Of a DNA stretch of 64,000 nucleotides, positions 26,830 to 40,895 are shown in pieces (position 1 is the first letter of the stretch; the number at the start of each line of letters is the position of its first letter). The notes below the pieces were generated by a model. It had not been told where the DNA came from, did not search any database, and saw nothing but the letters and a program-made list of their open reading frames with translations. Source of the DNA: Rhina ancylostomus (taxonomy: Eukaryota); the NCBI GenBank assembly GCA_030265395.1, contig JARFYF010000002.1, positions 47,690,252 through 47,754,251 on the forward strand, given 5' to 3'. The position numbers were made by a program, and so were the translations under genes.

Positions 26830-28605
26830 TGATTTGGGATATTAGATGCCACTGGTCTGTTAGTAGTAAACTACGTAGTTGATTCTTAGATGACTCTGAA
26901 ATGACTGACCAAATCACTCAGCTATACCATGTATTAACTTAGGCACCAAACTCAAACATGGCAAGTGGTTCTTAGGCCAGTCGACCTTGCAAAGGTACCC
27001 AAAAAAACACAGTAAGTTGCATTAAAATTAAGACAGCTGTCCCACAGACTACTTAAGCAACAGCCTGACACCATCACCATTAAACAATGAAAGCTTCCAG
27101 ACAACATTTCAAACTCCTCCACCATAAGCCGCGGGTTCTTCTGTGCCACTGACAGGACAGTCCCTCTAGACACAAGGGAATGGCTCTGGAAGTCCTTAAC
27201 ACTGACTCCAGACCCAACGAAGTCTGATGGCATCAGGTCAGACATGGGCAAAGAAACTTTTGATTACCACCTCCTGTCCTCCCTCAGCTAATGAGTCAAT
27301 GCTTCACGTGGTACAACACCTGAAATAAGCAATGACTGTAGCTTGGGAAGGTGGGATTATCATTGTCCATTACCAAGAAGGGCTTGGCAGTAACACCACT
27401 GACAATGCTGAAGGAGTGAACCAAGACAACGAGTAAACCTACTACATCTCTTCCTCATCAATTTATCCATCTATGAGAGCATTGGTAGAAATTACTACCG
27501 TATGGCCCAACCAGAAATGAAGTCCTTCCTTCACACCGAGGACACCCTCCATTATGGATCTGGGAGCTCAAAGCTGAACATTAATGCAGCATTGTGGACT
27601 ATAAGATGCAAACACCACCATAATCTGTAACCCTGCCCATTTTCACAACCATTCCCATCAAGCCTGGCTCAGAAATTGCTGACTGTGCCAATCAGTTGTA
27701 TCATGCCATTGATGTCGAAGACCAAAGGGCATAAGTTTAAGGTGACGAGTTCCAGGTTTAAAGGAGACTTGAAGAATTTTTTCACCGAGGGTAGTTGCAA
27801 TCTGGAATGCATTGCCTAAGGCGGCGGTGGAGGCAGGTACTCTCACAACATTTAAGAAGAATCTGGATAAACACTTGAATCACCAAGGCACAGAAATGCT
27901 GGTAAATGAGACTAGTACAGATGGGTACTTAATGGATGACATATCACTGATGCCAGTTTGCTTTCGCTTGGATCACTCAGGTCCAAACCACATCACAATT
28001 CTCGGTGCAACCACCTTCAGTTGCTTCATCAATGATCTTCCGTCTATCTTAAGGTCCCAAGTTGGGAATGTATGATGATGATTGCACAGAATTTGGTTCC
28101 ATGGCATATCCTCAGCAAATGAGGCAGTCCATGTCTGCATGCAGCAAGACCTGAGCAAGATTCATGCACAGGTTGATTAGTGGAAACTAAAAATCGCTCC
28201 GCAAAACCACCAGGCAATGACCATCTCCAACACGAATGTGCCAAACAATGTACTCTTATATTTAACGGCATGACCAACACCAAGTCCCCTATCATCAACA
28301 ACATCCTTGGAGTCACCAATGACCAAAAACTTAACTCGACGATCCATATAAATACAACCAACTACAAAGGCAGGGCTGATACTGTTTATCCTGTGGCAAA
28401 TGACTCACCTCCTGATGTAACAACACTCTTCTATCATCTACAAAGCCTAGCCAGGAGCATGATGGAATACTCTCTGCTTGCCTGGATGAGTGCAGCTCTG
28501 ACAACATGAAAGAAGCTCAGCATCATCCTGTCCAATTAGGGATGCACAATAAATTCTGGTTGTGCAAACTATGATTAGATTCCAATTAATGAATAAAATC
28601 AAAAA
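26830..28605 (+). mobile_element. Decayed CR1/L2-group LINE with endonuclease and RT remnants, interrupted by a CR1 3' fragment (about 27715-27945)
   Basis: LSHRLLKQQPD (APE-like), ILGATTFSCFINDLPSILRSQVG, INNILGVTNDQKL, RSMMEYSLLAWMSAA; 3' tail aattagggatgcacaataaattctgg. Confidence 0.7.
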
Positions 28606-28975
28606 AATCAAACAATCAAATGTGGCATTTAGGTGGAGTCCTCTGCACCAGCTGTATTTTAGGTGAGTGACGTTTTAGGTAGCTGGATAGTTTTATTCGT
28701 CACCAATGCATTGCTACAATTGTCAATGCTACCACTAGAAATATGCATATGGCAAAAGCTTGCTTTTTAAAGTCCCAAGGCTATGTAATGCAGCTTTCGT
28801 GCTGAACTTAGACCCAAGCATTTCCCATTTAGGCAAAGAAGAAATTGAGAATTATTTCCTCCTGGCTCAAACCAGAGTTGTGCTGAAAGAAACCTGATAA
28901 ACATAGTTACAAGAATGAGTGAAGATAACCAAATGGTAGCAAAGAAAAAAAATGCTCTTTGACATTTTGAGAACA

Positions 28976-29425
28976 AGGATGTTACCGGGACTGGAGGACT
29001 AATGAGACACTGGATAGAAAGGGGCTTTTTACCCTGTAGTGGAGGAGGCTGAAGAGTGACATTATAGAGGTATATAAAATCATGAAGGGATGAATGGTCA
29101 TGGTCTTTTTCCCAGAATAGGGGAATCTAAAACTAGAATGCATAGGTTTAAGGTGAGAGAGGAAAGACTTAATAGGGACCTGAGGGGCAACTTTTTCCGC
29201 ACAGAGGGTGGTGGATATGTGGAACAAACTGCCAGAGGAAGTGATAGAGACAGGTATAATTACAATGTTTAAAAGACATTTAGACAGGTACATGAATAGG
29301 AAAGGTTTAATGGGATATGGGCCAAATGCTGGCAATTGAGACTAGCTCAGGTAGGCGACTTGATCAGTGCAGTCAAGTTGGGCCGAAGGGCCTCTATCCG
29401 TTCTGTACACTATGACACTATGGCT
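28976..29425 (+). mobile_element. CR1 LINE 3' fragment
   Basis: RRLKSDIIEVYKIMKG, ESKTRMHRFKVREERLNRDLRGNFF; tail ctatgacactatg. Confidence 0.9.
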
Positions 29426-30034
29426 GATTCTTTGACACTGTCCCATTACAAAATTTGTCATATATAATTAACAGTTAATTTGAGTTAACAAAATAAATAC
29501 CAATGTAGATGTTATTTATGAGCAACAACTGTTTTTATGACTTAGAGTTTAATTAAGACATTAACAAATTTATGTTTTAATAACAGATGCAGTCTGACAT
29601 GCTGTATCTTCTATATTTGTTTTATATTTCCAGAATCTGCATAATTTAGCTTTTTGTTTCAAGTAAAACAATAGTACCATTTTAAGTAGCATAAACACTA
29701 TTTTTGCTCAATTATTCAGACATTGGCTGCAGATTTACCAATTAGTAGCTATTTTGTTATGACAAGGAGCAAAGAAGAGAGAATTTTAATTTATGTAGTA
29801 GCTTTTCATAAGAACATAGGAGCAGGGGTAGACCCTAGGTTACCTCGTGGCTGATATGATCTTGGCTTCAAGTCCACTTTACGTAAATGTACCTTGACCC
29901 TGGATTTATTCAATAATGTCATTAGCTTCCAAGTTATTATCATGTAAGTTTTGTATTGAACTTAAACGACACGATTTTCTACTGGGACAAAGCACAAATT
30001 GAGAACCATTCTTGTGAACACTTCCTGTCATCTC

Positions 30035-30358
30035 ATATAGTAACAGGCCGTTCAACCCACCATGTGCACCGACCATCAATCACTCATTTACACTAATCCC
30101 ATATTAATCCCATTGTTCATTCTCTCCACATTCTCATTAACTCCCCCAAGAATCTACTACTTGGCTATACACCAGGGCTAATTCATAGTGGTCAATTAAC
30201 CTATCAATCTTTGAGATTTGAAAGGGAACTTGAGCACTGGAGAAAATCCACACAGTGACAGGGAGACCATGCAAAATCCACATAGACAGTACACAAAGTC
30301 AAGATTCAACACCGGTGCTGTGAGGCAGTGGGTCTACGAGCTGTGCCGTTGTATTGCC
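30035..30358 (-). mobile_element. Older V-SINE
   Basis: Reverse tail aacaggccgttcaacccacc, V-domain relic, reverse head gctgtgaggcagtg. Confidence 0.7.
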
Positions 30359-31529
30359 AGAGCTGTACGGAAGGAAACCTGGCAATCAATCACATGCCCA
30401 TCATTACAACTGAAAGGTTAGTACAGATTGCTCCATGGAAAAGTCTCTCGTCATCCTCTTCCAAATGTTCATAGACTTGAGTGGAAAACTGCATCCTTGT
30501 TCGGCAAAGGGTGTAGGGATAAACCTAGCAACCAGAGATCAATCAGCTTAACCTTATTGGTGGGGAAGGTTCCAAAAACAATAATCAGAGACCAGTGTGG
30601 ATGGATTTGTGAAAGCTAGCATGCATTTGATTACCTTGTCCTAAAGGACCATTCACATTTTTTTGTAAAGACACTGAGATAAAAAGAAAATGTTCTATAC
30701 AATGCCCTCATGACCAATTTGAATATTTTTATTTGAATACAACTGTTAACATAAATATGCACATTCTATCTGGCAAAAAGAATTGCTTTGACTTCTAGTC
30801 GGATAACCATCAACACACATATTTACAACATTCTCTTAAAAATACTATTATTTGTACTCTAATTATGAAGTCTTCAATCCACAATGGGATATTAAATGTA
30901 ACTTGAAAATAAGCTAGAAGGGAATTTAATTTTACTCGGGAGACCTAAAGGCTGACTGCAGTTGATAAGTGAATTTGGAGATTTAGCCAAATATCAGCTG
31001 GAGATGACTTTACTGTTTCTCTCTTTGGAGTACTCAAATGAAAACAATCACATGAGGTCATAAAGAAATTCAGAAGAGCAATGTAAAGTGACAAGCTATG
31101 ATGATTTAATTGGGAGACAGCACTATCAGCACAAAACAAATATTTCATCAGGAGACTAATACAACATTCAGCACAGGACAGAGAGACTGCTGATCCAGGT
31201 GAAACCACCATTGGTGGATGACTGTATTTCAGCTTTGTACTAAATCAGGTGACAGACAATGATCACACTGTGATTAAATACAGCTGTAACAATAACTATA
31301 TCAGAATTTATCTGTAAGCTTATGTTTTATATATAAATCTGTATGTAAAAGCACACCAGGTTAATAAAACCTTCGCTTGAGTTTTTTTACATCGTCCCTC
31401 TCATCTTGGTCATTTGTCAGGTTTGTATCTTTCACTTTGCCTTTCATTCATTTTTTATCCATTTTTTACATGACATTTTACCCCCTTCTGATGGATGATA
31501 GTGAGTCACACAATTTTTGAATAAGTCAT

Positions 31530-32468
31530 GATTCTGTTACTACTTCAGACGATATCACTAAGGAACAAAAACTCAAGGGAATGCAGGAGTCACCGGAGGC
31601 CTTCAGGGATCACTCTAGAATGTAGTGCTCACCAATGAAAATTAGGAATTTCCCTTGAGGATGGAATTATTCCTTGAAGTAATTTCTGAGAGTATTAAGT
31701 TGTGGAATCTATTTTTTGGCCTAGAATTTTGATTAACCACTGGATTCCTTAAGAGATATGATAGGTGTTCATCGGTCAGTTACAGCCAACATTTCCTGCA
31801 GTTAAATGATCAAATGTTCTGGCCAATAAGCCAATATTGCAATATTCTGAGTGCCCCAAGGTTTGATTAAGATAGGAAGAAGTGGAAAAAAATTAAGATT
31901 CTGGAAAAGGAATGCCAACTTTTAATGCCACAATAACTTTATGATAAAAGGGGACAATAAGCAGCCTAACTTGTGCACAACTAAAGCGAGGCCACCTTGA
32001 TAACTGAAACACATTGGAGTCTTACTAAGACTTGCGGACCATTTGCATGGAGGTTCTCATCACCCTTGACAAGAATCTGTCACAGTGGGTTACATCACTA
32101 AAGTTGAGAGCTCCAAAGATTCACAGCCTTCAAGTAAATATATTCTGCCTCATCTCAGTCCTAAATGCTCAATCGCTTATTCTGAGATGGCTCTACTTCA
32201 AGACTCGCTTGTCAGGAGAAACAACTTAGTCTTTCGTTCTTTCCTACCCATTTGTCACATGATGTTTTACCCCTTTCTGAAAGGACGGTAGCAAGCTGTA
32301 CCATTTTTTTGAACAGGATTCTGTTACAATTTTAGGCAATGCTGTCAAGGAACATAAGCAAAGAAAGGAGAGCCACTGGAGGTCTACAGGGATAATTCTG
32401 GAAACATGGTGCTTACCAATGAAAACTTAGGGCTTCCCTGTAGGATGGAATTATGGCTTGCAATAACT
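31530..32468. repeat. Diverged direct repeat pair of about 150 bp (31530-31685 and 32318-32468)
   Basis: Shared colinear blocks gattctgttac, aaggaaca, cac.ggagg, cagggat, gtgct.accaatgaaaa, aggatggaattat. Confidence 0.8.
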
Positions 32469-33511
32469 GCTTCCTTCTTCTCAAACTCTTACAAATCTTT
32501 CGTGTTTCAGTGAGTTCATCTCATTCCTCTACAACTTATCCTACTCACTTTCTCCTCATAGCACACCCCAATTCTGCAAGATTAAATACAGAAAAACTGC
32601 ACTGGAATGCCAGTTAGACTCTTGCTTACACAGAAATCAAAAGTGTACACTGTACTTCAGGGATGGCCATGAATAATTCCACGGCCATTTCTTGCTCATA
32701 TACTCTAAACCCTCACAAGATGACTATTTTATATGCCTTCCCAATTACATGTAAATATTCTTGAATAACAAAAAAATAGTTGAGCAACATTAAAAAAAAC
32801 ATTCTGTGCTCTTGCCCTTCTACCAAAATGAATCACCTCTCATTTATATACATTGTAACTTCATTTGCTATCTTCTCGTCCAATTAATATTTCTTGGCAT
32901 GTTCTTCACTGCTCATGTAGATAGCTTTTTATAGTTAGTGAAGGATACATTACACCCAGTCCCTCTGACTTATAGGTAGCTCAAACCTAAGCAACACTAA
33001 TCTACATGGCACCCAGATAGTTAACAGTCTGCTGATTGGTCATGACCTATTTATTCTGGCTTCTGATCTTTAACCTTGCTAATGTATTACCCCCAACCCC
33101 ATGCACCCTTATTTTGTGAAAGCTCCTTCTATGTGGCACCATATCCAATGTCTCCTGAAAATACAGATATAACTAAAGCCATATTTTGCATCATGACCTA
33201 TGATCTGAGAAAAGGTTCTCTACAATTCTTTCACAACAAGAATAATTGGGCCAATGAAACATTATGCAACACAGATACTAACATCAACTGGCTGACAATC
33301 ATTCAGTATGATTTTCATCATAAATCCACAGATGGTTTGGGTTAGTCAATTAATAGAAATCAATATTTATAATCTGGTTTTGAAAAAAAGTATGCTGTAC
33401 AAGCAATACCATACATGCATGTATGTGACAAGGAAAAGATATAATGGTGCAAGAACAGAAGAAAAGATGCTGCAGGTAGTTCTCTAGCTTTGACTATAAA
33501 GATAAAAATGG

Positions 33512-33707
33512 ATCAGACTGACACTGGAAATGAAGCCACAAACAATCTGCTGGAAGAACTCAGCAGGTTGAGCAGCATCTGTGGGAAGAAAGGAATTGCC
33601 AATGTTTCGAGTCGAAACCCTTCATCAACACTGCAGTCCTTCTCGACCCACGAAGTTCCTCCAGCAGATTGTTTATGGCTCCAGATTCCAGCATCTGCCA
33701 TCTCTTG
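33512..33707. mobile_element. Palindromic Penelope-derived short element
   Basis: Inverted arms (aacaatctgctggaagaact / agttcctccagcagattgtt). Minus strand reads TTGATGA-AGGGTTTCGACTC-GAAA-CATT, a decayed hammerhead. Confidence 0.75.
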
Positions 33708-34217
33708 GAGGAAAGGAAAGTGGAGATGAGGTAGAAGGACAGAGATATCAAGGTTCAGTTTTACTGAAGAAAGTGATGTTTCTATTCAATTGCCCAATTA
33801 CATGATTACTCAAATCTACCGTAATGACCACTGAAATCCAATTTGCTACAGTCCCTTAAAAATCAAGTATATTTGTCACTAGCAGATTATAAATGTCTTT
33901 AAAAGTTTAAAGTAATTACCAGTCCGTTCAGTAAAAGTGCATGTTTTTATAACCATGGTACAATATACTTCAGAGATACTGTGATATTGAACTTGCCCAA
34001 GGATAGCAGCTTCACTGCAAGGAAAACCATTTCAAGTAAATCGTCTAGTTACAAGTAATTTTGAGATTGTCGAAAATAGCACGTTTTTCAAGACCTGTAT
34101 CATTTTGAAAATAGTCATTATTCAACTCAAAACCATCACAACGCTAACACCTTCTAGGGTTCCATGTACACCCTTTACTTACAGGGAAGCCCAGAAACTT
34201 AAGACTGAAGTCTCTTT

Positions 34218-35712
34218 AGAGTCATAGAGTTATACCGCACGGAAACAAGCCCTTTGGCCCAACTCGTCCATCCTGACGAAGTTGTATACTCGAGCTAGTT
34301 CCATTTCCCCACATTTGGCCCATATCCCTTTAAACCTTTCCTATTCCTGTACCTGTCCAAATGTCTTTTAAATTGCAATTGTACCTGCTTCAACCACTTC
34401 CTCTGGCAGGTCGTTCCATGTACCCATCACCCTTCATGTGGAAAAAGTTGCTTCTCAGATCCCTTTTAAATCTTTTTTTAAATCCATTTTTTGACTCACC
34501 AACCCTGGGAAAAAGACTGCAACCATTCACCTTATCAACACCCCTCATGACTTTCTAAACCTCTATCAGGTTCCTATGCTCCAGGGATAAAGTCCTACTT
34601 ATCCAGTCTCTCTTTATAGCTCAAGCCCTCCAATCCCTATAACATCTGTGTGAATCTTTCCTGCACCCTTTCCAATTTAACAACATCCTTCCTATACCCA
34701 GGCAACCAGAACTGCACACAGTATCCCAAGTGCAGTCTCACCAACATCTTGTACAGCTGTAATATGACATCCCAACTCTTGAACTCAGTACCCTGACCAA
34801 TGAATACAAGCATGCCAAATACCTTCGTCACCACCCTGTCTACCGTTATCTCTACTTTCAGGGAGCTAAGTACCTGNNNNNNNNNNNNNNNNNNNNNNNN
34901 NNNNNNNNNNNNNNNNNTACCATTTACTGTGCAAGTCCTGCCTTGGTTTACCTCACTGAAGTGCAATACCTCGCATTTGTCAGAGTTAAATTCCATATAC
35001 CATTCTCTGGTCTCCTTCCCAAGTTGGTCTAGACCCCCTTGTAAATGTAGATAATACTCTGCACGGTCCACTAATTTTGGTGCTGTCCGCAAACTTACCA
35101 AATATGCTTACAACATTGTCATCCAAATTGTTAATATAGATGCAAACAATAGTGGACCCAGCACTGATCCCTGCAGCACACAACTGATCACAGGCCTCCA
35201 AACTGAAAAACAACCCTCCACTACTACCCTCTGTCTCCTTCCACCAACCCAATTTTGTATCCAATTGTCCAGCTCACTCTGGATTCCACGTGATCTAACC
35301 TTCCACACCAGCGTACCATATTGGACCTTATCAAAAGCCTTGCTAAAGTCCACACAAGTCACGTCTACCACCTGGCCCTCAACAATCCTTTTGGCCATCT
35401 CTTCAAAAAACAATCAAATTCATGAGTCACTATTTCCCATGTACAAAATCATACCGACTATCCCTAATCAGACCTTGCGTTTCCAAATGCTGATAGATCC
35501 TGTCCCTCAGAATCCCCTGCAATAACTTTCCCACCACTGATGCTAGGTTCACCGGCCTGTTGTTCCCTGGCTTGTCCTGGCAACCTTTCTTGAATAAAGG
35601 CATATTAGCCACCCTCCAGTCTTCAGGTACCTCACCCATGGCTGACGAGGGTACAAACATCTCTACCAGGGTCCCTGCAATTTCTTCCTTAGCTTCCTGC
35701 AAGGCCTTGGGA
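34218..35712 (-). mobile_element. 5'-truncated CR1 LINE (RT to 3' tail)
   Basis: ORF fragments VPEDWRVAN..LFKKG, DFSKAFDKV, QGSVLGPLLF, FADSTK, LERVQERFTQML; tail ends in a TAACTCTATGACTCT-type repeat. Confidence 0.92.
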
Positions 35713-36957
35713 CTTTAAATCCTCCAGTCCCCATAACATCTTCATGAATCTTTAACATCCTCATGACTTCACATCCACCCAATTTCAACAGAATCTGGAA
35801 TCATCACCGATTTTTTCCAAAAAATTGTCTCAGGGAACCTGTTTGTCACTGATAAGTCAACACCTAATGTCAACCCATTCAAATCAGTCCATAACTAGGA
35901 AGGTACAGATTTAAGATAGGAGGTAGGAGACAGAGGGAATTTGAGGAAGAACTTTTTTTTTAACTGGAGGGTGGTTACACAGAGACTGTACCTGCCTCCA
36001 CTGCTTTTGCTGGAATCTGTTGCCAGAAGGAGCGGCGGAGGCAGCTACACTCACAACATTTTAGTATCAAAGTGAAATGCCATGGCAGTGAAGACTACAG
36101 GCCAAGTACTGGAAAATGTATAGATAGGTACCTGATGGCTGACCTGGACACAATGACCTGAACTGCCTCTTTCTATGCTATATGACTTGGAGGACATTAA
36201 TGGTAATGATATCAATGGATAATTCAGTAACAGAAGGTGAAATAAAGTGGAGGCAGATGGGATAAAGCTGTCTTTGTGACAGATCAGCTGTAGATTAAGC
36301 AAAAAACAGAAGCTGTACATAAATCGGCTCAATATAAACAAGTAGGTAGATAGGGAGACAGAGTTGGATAGCAGAACATAAAAATTTTAGCAGGCCCTGA
36401 AATAGCAATGTTCATAACCTTCCAGGAATAAGGCAAACTTGAATATATTACCCCAAGCAACCAAGAATTGAAGTAATAAATAATAAAAACATGAGATATA
36501 AAAAAAATTGTTCCTGATAAATGGCAGGAATAGCCAGCAAAGCTGAGTGGATATGCAGACCATGAACATGCAGTTGTGTGCAAAACTGGAAGAATTAAAG
36601 GACCTAAGGGATGACAATGGGGAGCTGACCAGACCTTATTCATCTGAACAATTCTGTTGTGTTATAACCAAGGTTACTTTTCAGCAAATTAATTTTGAAC
36701 AGGTTTTAAGCAACAAGGGAATGAGTAAAATTAGATCTTCTGTCACTGATCAATGAGCAAATTTATAGCACTGCACATGGATATTAAAACCACAAACTGC
36801 ATTGGTTTATAGTCAAAATAAGGTTCAACCAAAGTAGTGTTCAATTAGGATGGGCAAAAACAAACTATACTTAACAAGGCTTTGGTTAAAATATTTGCCA
36901 GCATTTTAAAGTCTTAGTCTGTGCAGTAAACCCAAACACCCTACTCATAAAGCTCCA

Positions 36958-36999
36958 TAACGTACCATGACTTTTGACTAATGTACCATGACTTTTGAA
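36958..36999. repeat. 21-bp tandem duplication
   Basis: taacgtaccatgacttttgac / taatgtaccatgacttttgaa. Confidence 0.9.
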
Positions 37000-37171
37000 G
37001 TAAGAAAGCTTTAAACAAAAAAAGTCAAAGAAATGCAACACTATTTTGACAAAATTTGAAAATCACCAGCAGCAAATTTCAACACAAAATTTTAAGCAAA
37101 ATAGAGGAAGAGGACGTGACTTTGTAAACAAATTTGGTCAAATCCTCTCAGAGCCAAGACAAAGCAACATA

Positions 37172-37757
37172 GTAAGGGTTGAGTTTGGTAGTTAGGATGT
37201 AACGTAACAGTTGTACTAGACATTAGTAAGGCCGCAGTTGGAATATTGTGCACAGTTTTAGTTACCATTTTATAGGAAAAATGTCATGAAGTTGGAAAGA
37301 GTGCAAAGAAGATTTACAAGAATGTTGCCAGGACAAGAGGGCCTAAGTTATAGGGAGAGGTTAGGCAGGCTATGACTTTACTCCTTGGAGCAAAGAAGAC
37401 TGAGGAGTGATCTTATAGAGGTGTATAAAATCATAAGGGGCATAAATGAGGTGAATGCATACAGTCTTTTTCCAAGGGAAAGGGAATCAAAAACTAGAGA
37501 GCATGGGTTTAAGGTGAGAGGGGAAAGATTTAAAAGGTACCTGACAGACAACTTCTTGACACAGAGGGTGGTGTATATGTGGAATAAGCTGCCAGGGGTA
37601 GTGGCTGAGGCAGGTACAGTAACAACAATTAAAAGCCACATGGACAGAAAAGGTTTAGAAGGATATGGGCAAAATGTGGGACTAGCACAAATAGGCAACT
37701 TAGTCAGCATGAACGTGATGGGCTGAAGGGTTTGTTTCCATGCTATACAACTCTGAC
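37172..37757 (+). mobile_element. CR1 LINE 3' fragment
   Basis: RPQLEYCAQF, EQRRLRSDLIEVYKIIRG, SKTREHGFKVRGERFK; CR1 3' UTR. Confidence 0.9.
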
Positions 37758-38960
37758 TTGAGGCAGTTGTTTGTAATGACATAACTGAGGATATTTTGGC
37801 AAAGGTAGAAATGGGTAAAGAGAAATCCAGGATTCTGAAATGTCATTCAAAGCAGCAATTTTAAAAGCAGAGATAAAGCACACTTTTGCTCAACATGACA
37901 TTTTGTTAAAGGAATAATGGCAATAATTGAATTTCTCCATCAAAAAAGTGAAGGCTGAAAAACTGAATTAAAGCTGCGATGACAAACTATTTGGATCAAG
38001 TAAATTTCAAATGGAGATAAATATTCCTCTTTACACAATTCAGGTAAATCAAAATATCAAAGTATTTCTTTTTAAAAGTTTTTTTTCATAAAAAATGTTC
38101 AGGAAAAAAAGGCACAGTTAAACCACCAAAGTAAATAGAAAAATTAATTACTTGAAGACTCTGAGTCTGGGTTTAACAGCGCTTTGTGCAGGATAGAGGA
38201 AAGGTCAGAAGAGGTGAGGAGATCATTTTTCTGACATTCAAGGAATGAATTAATTAGATGAGTATGGGTTTTGTGGAGAGGTGAGGGGAAAGAAAACTCA
38301 CAGCCTAGTTGAAAGGAACTAAAGCAAATGCATTAATAATAAAATAACAATTAGATGATCAAGGTGAAAGAGGTTGAATCTTTTAAAATGCAATACAAGT
38401 GAAAGAACAAGAAATGACTTAATTTAGGAGAATTGAGTACTGTTAACTTTGTAAAAGCAGATATGTGGATTTTTTACTAAAAAACTGTAATCCAGATCTG
38501 GCAGAAGCAAATGGATTGTGCCAAAATTTGAGAGGGTTGGGGATATGGAACTTTACATCAGTTAATGTAACTTTGTCACTAAATGCTGAGATTTTGTGAA
38601 AAAAGCTGAAGCCTAGGGTTTTCAGTATAGTAGATCTATGTCAATAAAGCAATTAGTATGCAGACTTTGAGAATATCTTTTATTGTATTAATACAAAGCA
38701 TTGTTAACTCATTTGTTTGCATATACCTCCCCAGCTTTCTTATCTTTACTTTTCATGTTTTATTAACCAGTTGCTTATTCAAGTTAGTGAGTGATATTTA
38801 TGAACATGATTAAGTAGAATTATCATTTTAACAGTACACATATTCATAACAATATAAGCATTTACCTCATTTGCAAATTGTACTCTTCATTTCTACTGCT
38901 AATTTCTGAAGAAAAGGCATAGGATTAAAGTTATGTAGCCAGAAATTGTTTTGGACTTAC

Positions 38961-39254
38961 CTGCACATTTGGTTCTAGTGATGAGTGGGGGACCTGGTAA
39001 TCCTGTTCCTCCTTCACCTGGCCGTGTGAGCAAAACCCTGATTTCATATTCCGTATCTGGGTCCAGATGCCAGAGCTTGTAAGTTGCTGCATTTACAGCA
39101 TGGATTTCTGTCCAAGATCCACTGGTCATACAATATTCCACTTCCTTCAGAATGATGGGACCATCGCCAATGATTGAATTTGCATTAAGCTGGATTAGCA
39201 GATATGTCGGACCAACACCAAGTAGCTGGGGTGGTGCAATTGGCATGGGTGGCT
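38961..39254 (-). CDS. PTPRK: Receptor-type tyrosine-protein phosphatase kappa, internal coding exon (first FN3 domain; equivalent to human exon 7)
   Basis: Translates to (E)[97 protein letters not shown], nearly identical to recalled human PTPRK and clearly closer to it than to PTPRM/T/U. Minus-strand acceptor tttcttccctgtatag precedes 39254 and donor GTAAGT follows 38961. 294 bp, phase 1-1. Confidence 0.95.
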
Positions 39255-39593
39255 CTATACAGGGAAGAAATGAGGGCCATTAATATTCAGCTTCAATTTC
39301 TAGTGCTAACTAGTATTTGTATAGTTGATGATTAGTATTTAAAAGACTGACATCTTAACTGAAAAGGACTAAACATCGGTTTTCAGATCAATGCCTATAA
39401 CATAGAAACATAGAAAAACTATGGCACAATTCAGGCCCTTCGGCCCACAAAGATGCGTTGAACATTCAAATGAATAATTAAATTTCTGGATTAAAACTGT
39501 TTAAAATATTAGCCACTCATCAAAACGTGCTCTCCTCCATACCAGAGGAACCAAATGCAAATTAGGTGAAAACTTAGCCAAACATCTCCTGTA

Positions 39594-39920
39594 GGGCAGG
39601 CACGTTAGTGTAGTCGTTAGTGTAATGCTTTACAGCACCAGTGACCCGGGTTCAATTCCAGCCACTGTCTGTAAGATGTTTGTACGTTCTCCCCGTGTGT
39701 GTGTGGGTTTCCTCCAGGTGCTCCAGTTTCCTCNNNNNNNNNNNNNNNNNNNNNNNNNNNNNNNNNNNNNNNNNNNNNNNNNNNNNNNNNNNNNNNNNNN
39801 NNNNNNNNNNNNNNNNNNNNNNNNNNNNNNNNNGAGGGATATGGGCATTCTGTAGGTAGGAGGGATTAGCTATGTTGGCACAACATTGTGGGCTGAAGGG
39901 CCTGTTCTGTACTGTTCTAT
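39594..39920 (+). mobile_element. tRNA-derived V-SINE (gapped)
   Basis: Same head (gggttcaattcc), V-domain, and CR1-like tail gggctgaagggcctgttctgtactgttctatg. Confidence 0.88.
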
Positions 39921-40059
39921 GTACCTGTACTGAGATCAGCCATGAACGTATTGAATGGTGGAGCAGGCTCGAAGGGCCATTTGGCCCAACTCCTGCTTTA
40001 CTTTCTGTTTCTAAAGATAGTTCAATATCTGCAAAGCTTGGGCTGGTCTATAAAGGATG

Positions 40060-40642
40060 TTAAAGGCTCATTCGGGGAAGACTTTCTGCTATTTGGAATA
40101 TTGTGAGCAATTTTGGGTCCCATGTCTAAGGAAAGATGTGCTAGCACTATGGATGATGCAGGAGGGGTTCACAAGTGATCCTGGCAATGAAAAGCTTGAT
40201 ATGAGGATGGTTTGATGGCTCTGGGCTTGTACTTGATGTTCAGAAGGATGGGAGTGGAAATGGTGAAATTTCATTTGAAATCTACTGGATACTGAAAGGC
40301 TTGGATAGAGTGAATATAGAGAGGATGTTTCCAGTAGTGGGAAAGTCTCAGATCCAGGACCACAGCCTCAGAATAAAGGGACGTCCCCTTAGAACTGAGA
40401 TGAGGAATTTCTTCAGCTGGAGAGTGGTGAATCTGTGGAATTCATTGCCACAGAGGGCTGTGGAGGCCAAGTCATTGTGTGTATTAAGGCAGAGATTGAA
40501 AGGTTCTTGATTGGGAAGGGGACTATGGGGAGAAGGTAGGAGAATGGGATTGGAGAGGGGGGAAAAAGAATCAGCCATGATTGAATGTTGGAGGAGACTC
40601 GATGGGCTGAATGGCCTAATTCTGCTCCTATATCTTAATCTT
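40060..40642 (+). mobile_element. CR1 LINE 3' fragment
   Basis: LEYCEQFWVPCLRKDVLAL, DRVNIERMFPVVGKSQIQDHSLRIKGRPLRTEMRNFFSWRVVNLWNSLPQ; tail gggctgaatggcctaattctgctcctatatctt. Confidence 0.9.
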
Positions 40643-40895
40643 TTGTTATCCCTGCCATTTTGGTCTAATTGTAACTGAGAGTTGAGGGCAACCTGTGGTA
40701 GATCTAACTCCATCGGGAACAGCCAGTTGCATCAAACTCACTGTCTTTTTACAGCAAGTTTGAACAGACAGTAAATGCTGAATCTGCCAGCAACCTCTTG
40801 CCCTGAGAACAACGTAAATGAGCCAGCCATACCTCTTTGCCAGTATAAGTGTGGCCCAATTGATCATCGTGTCTCCATCCGATCTGTCTCCTCAG

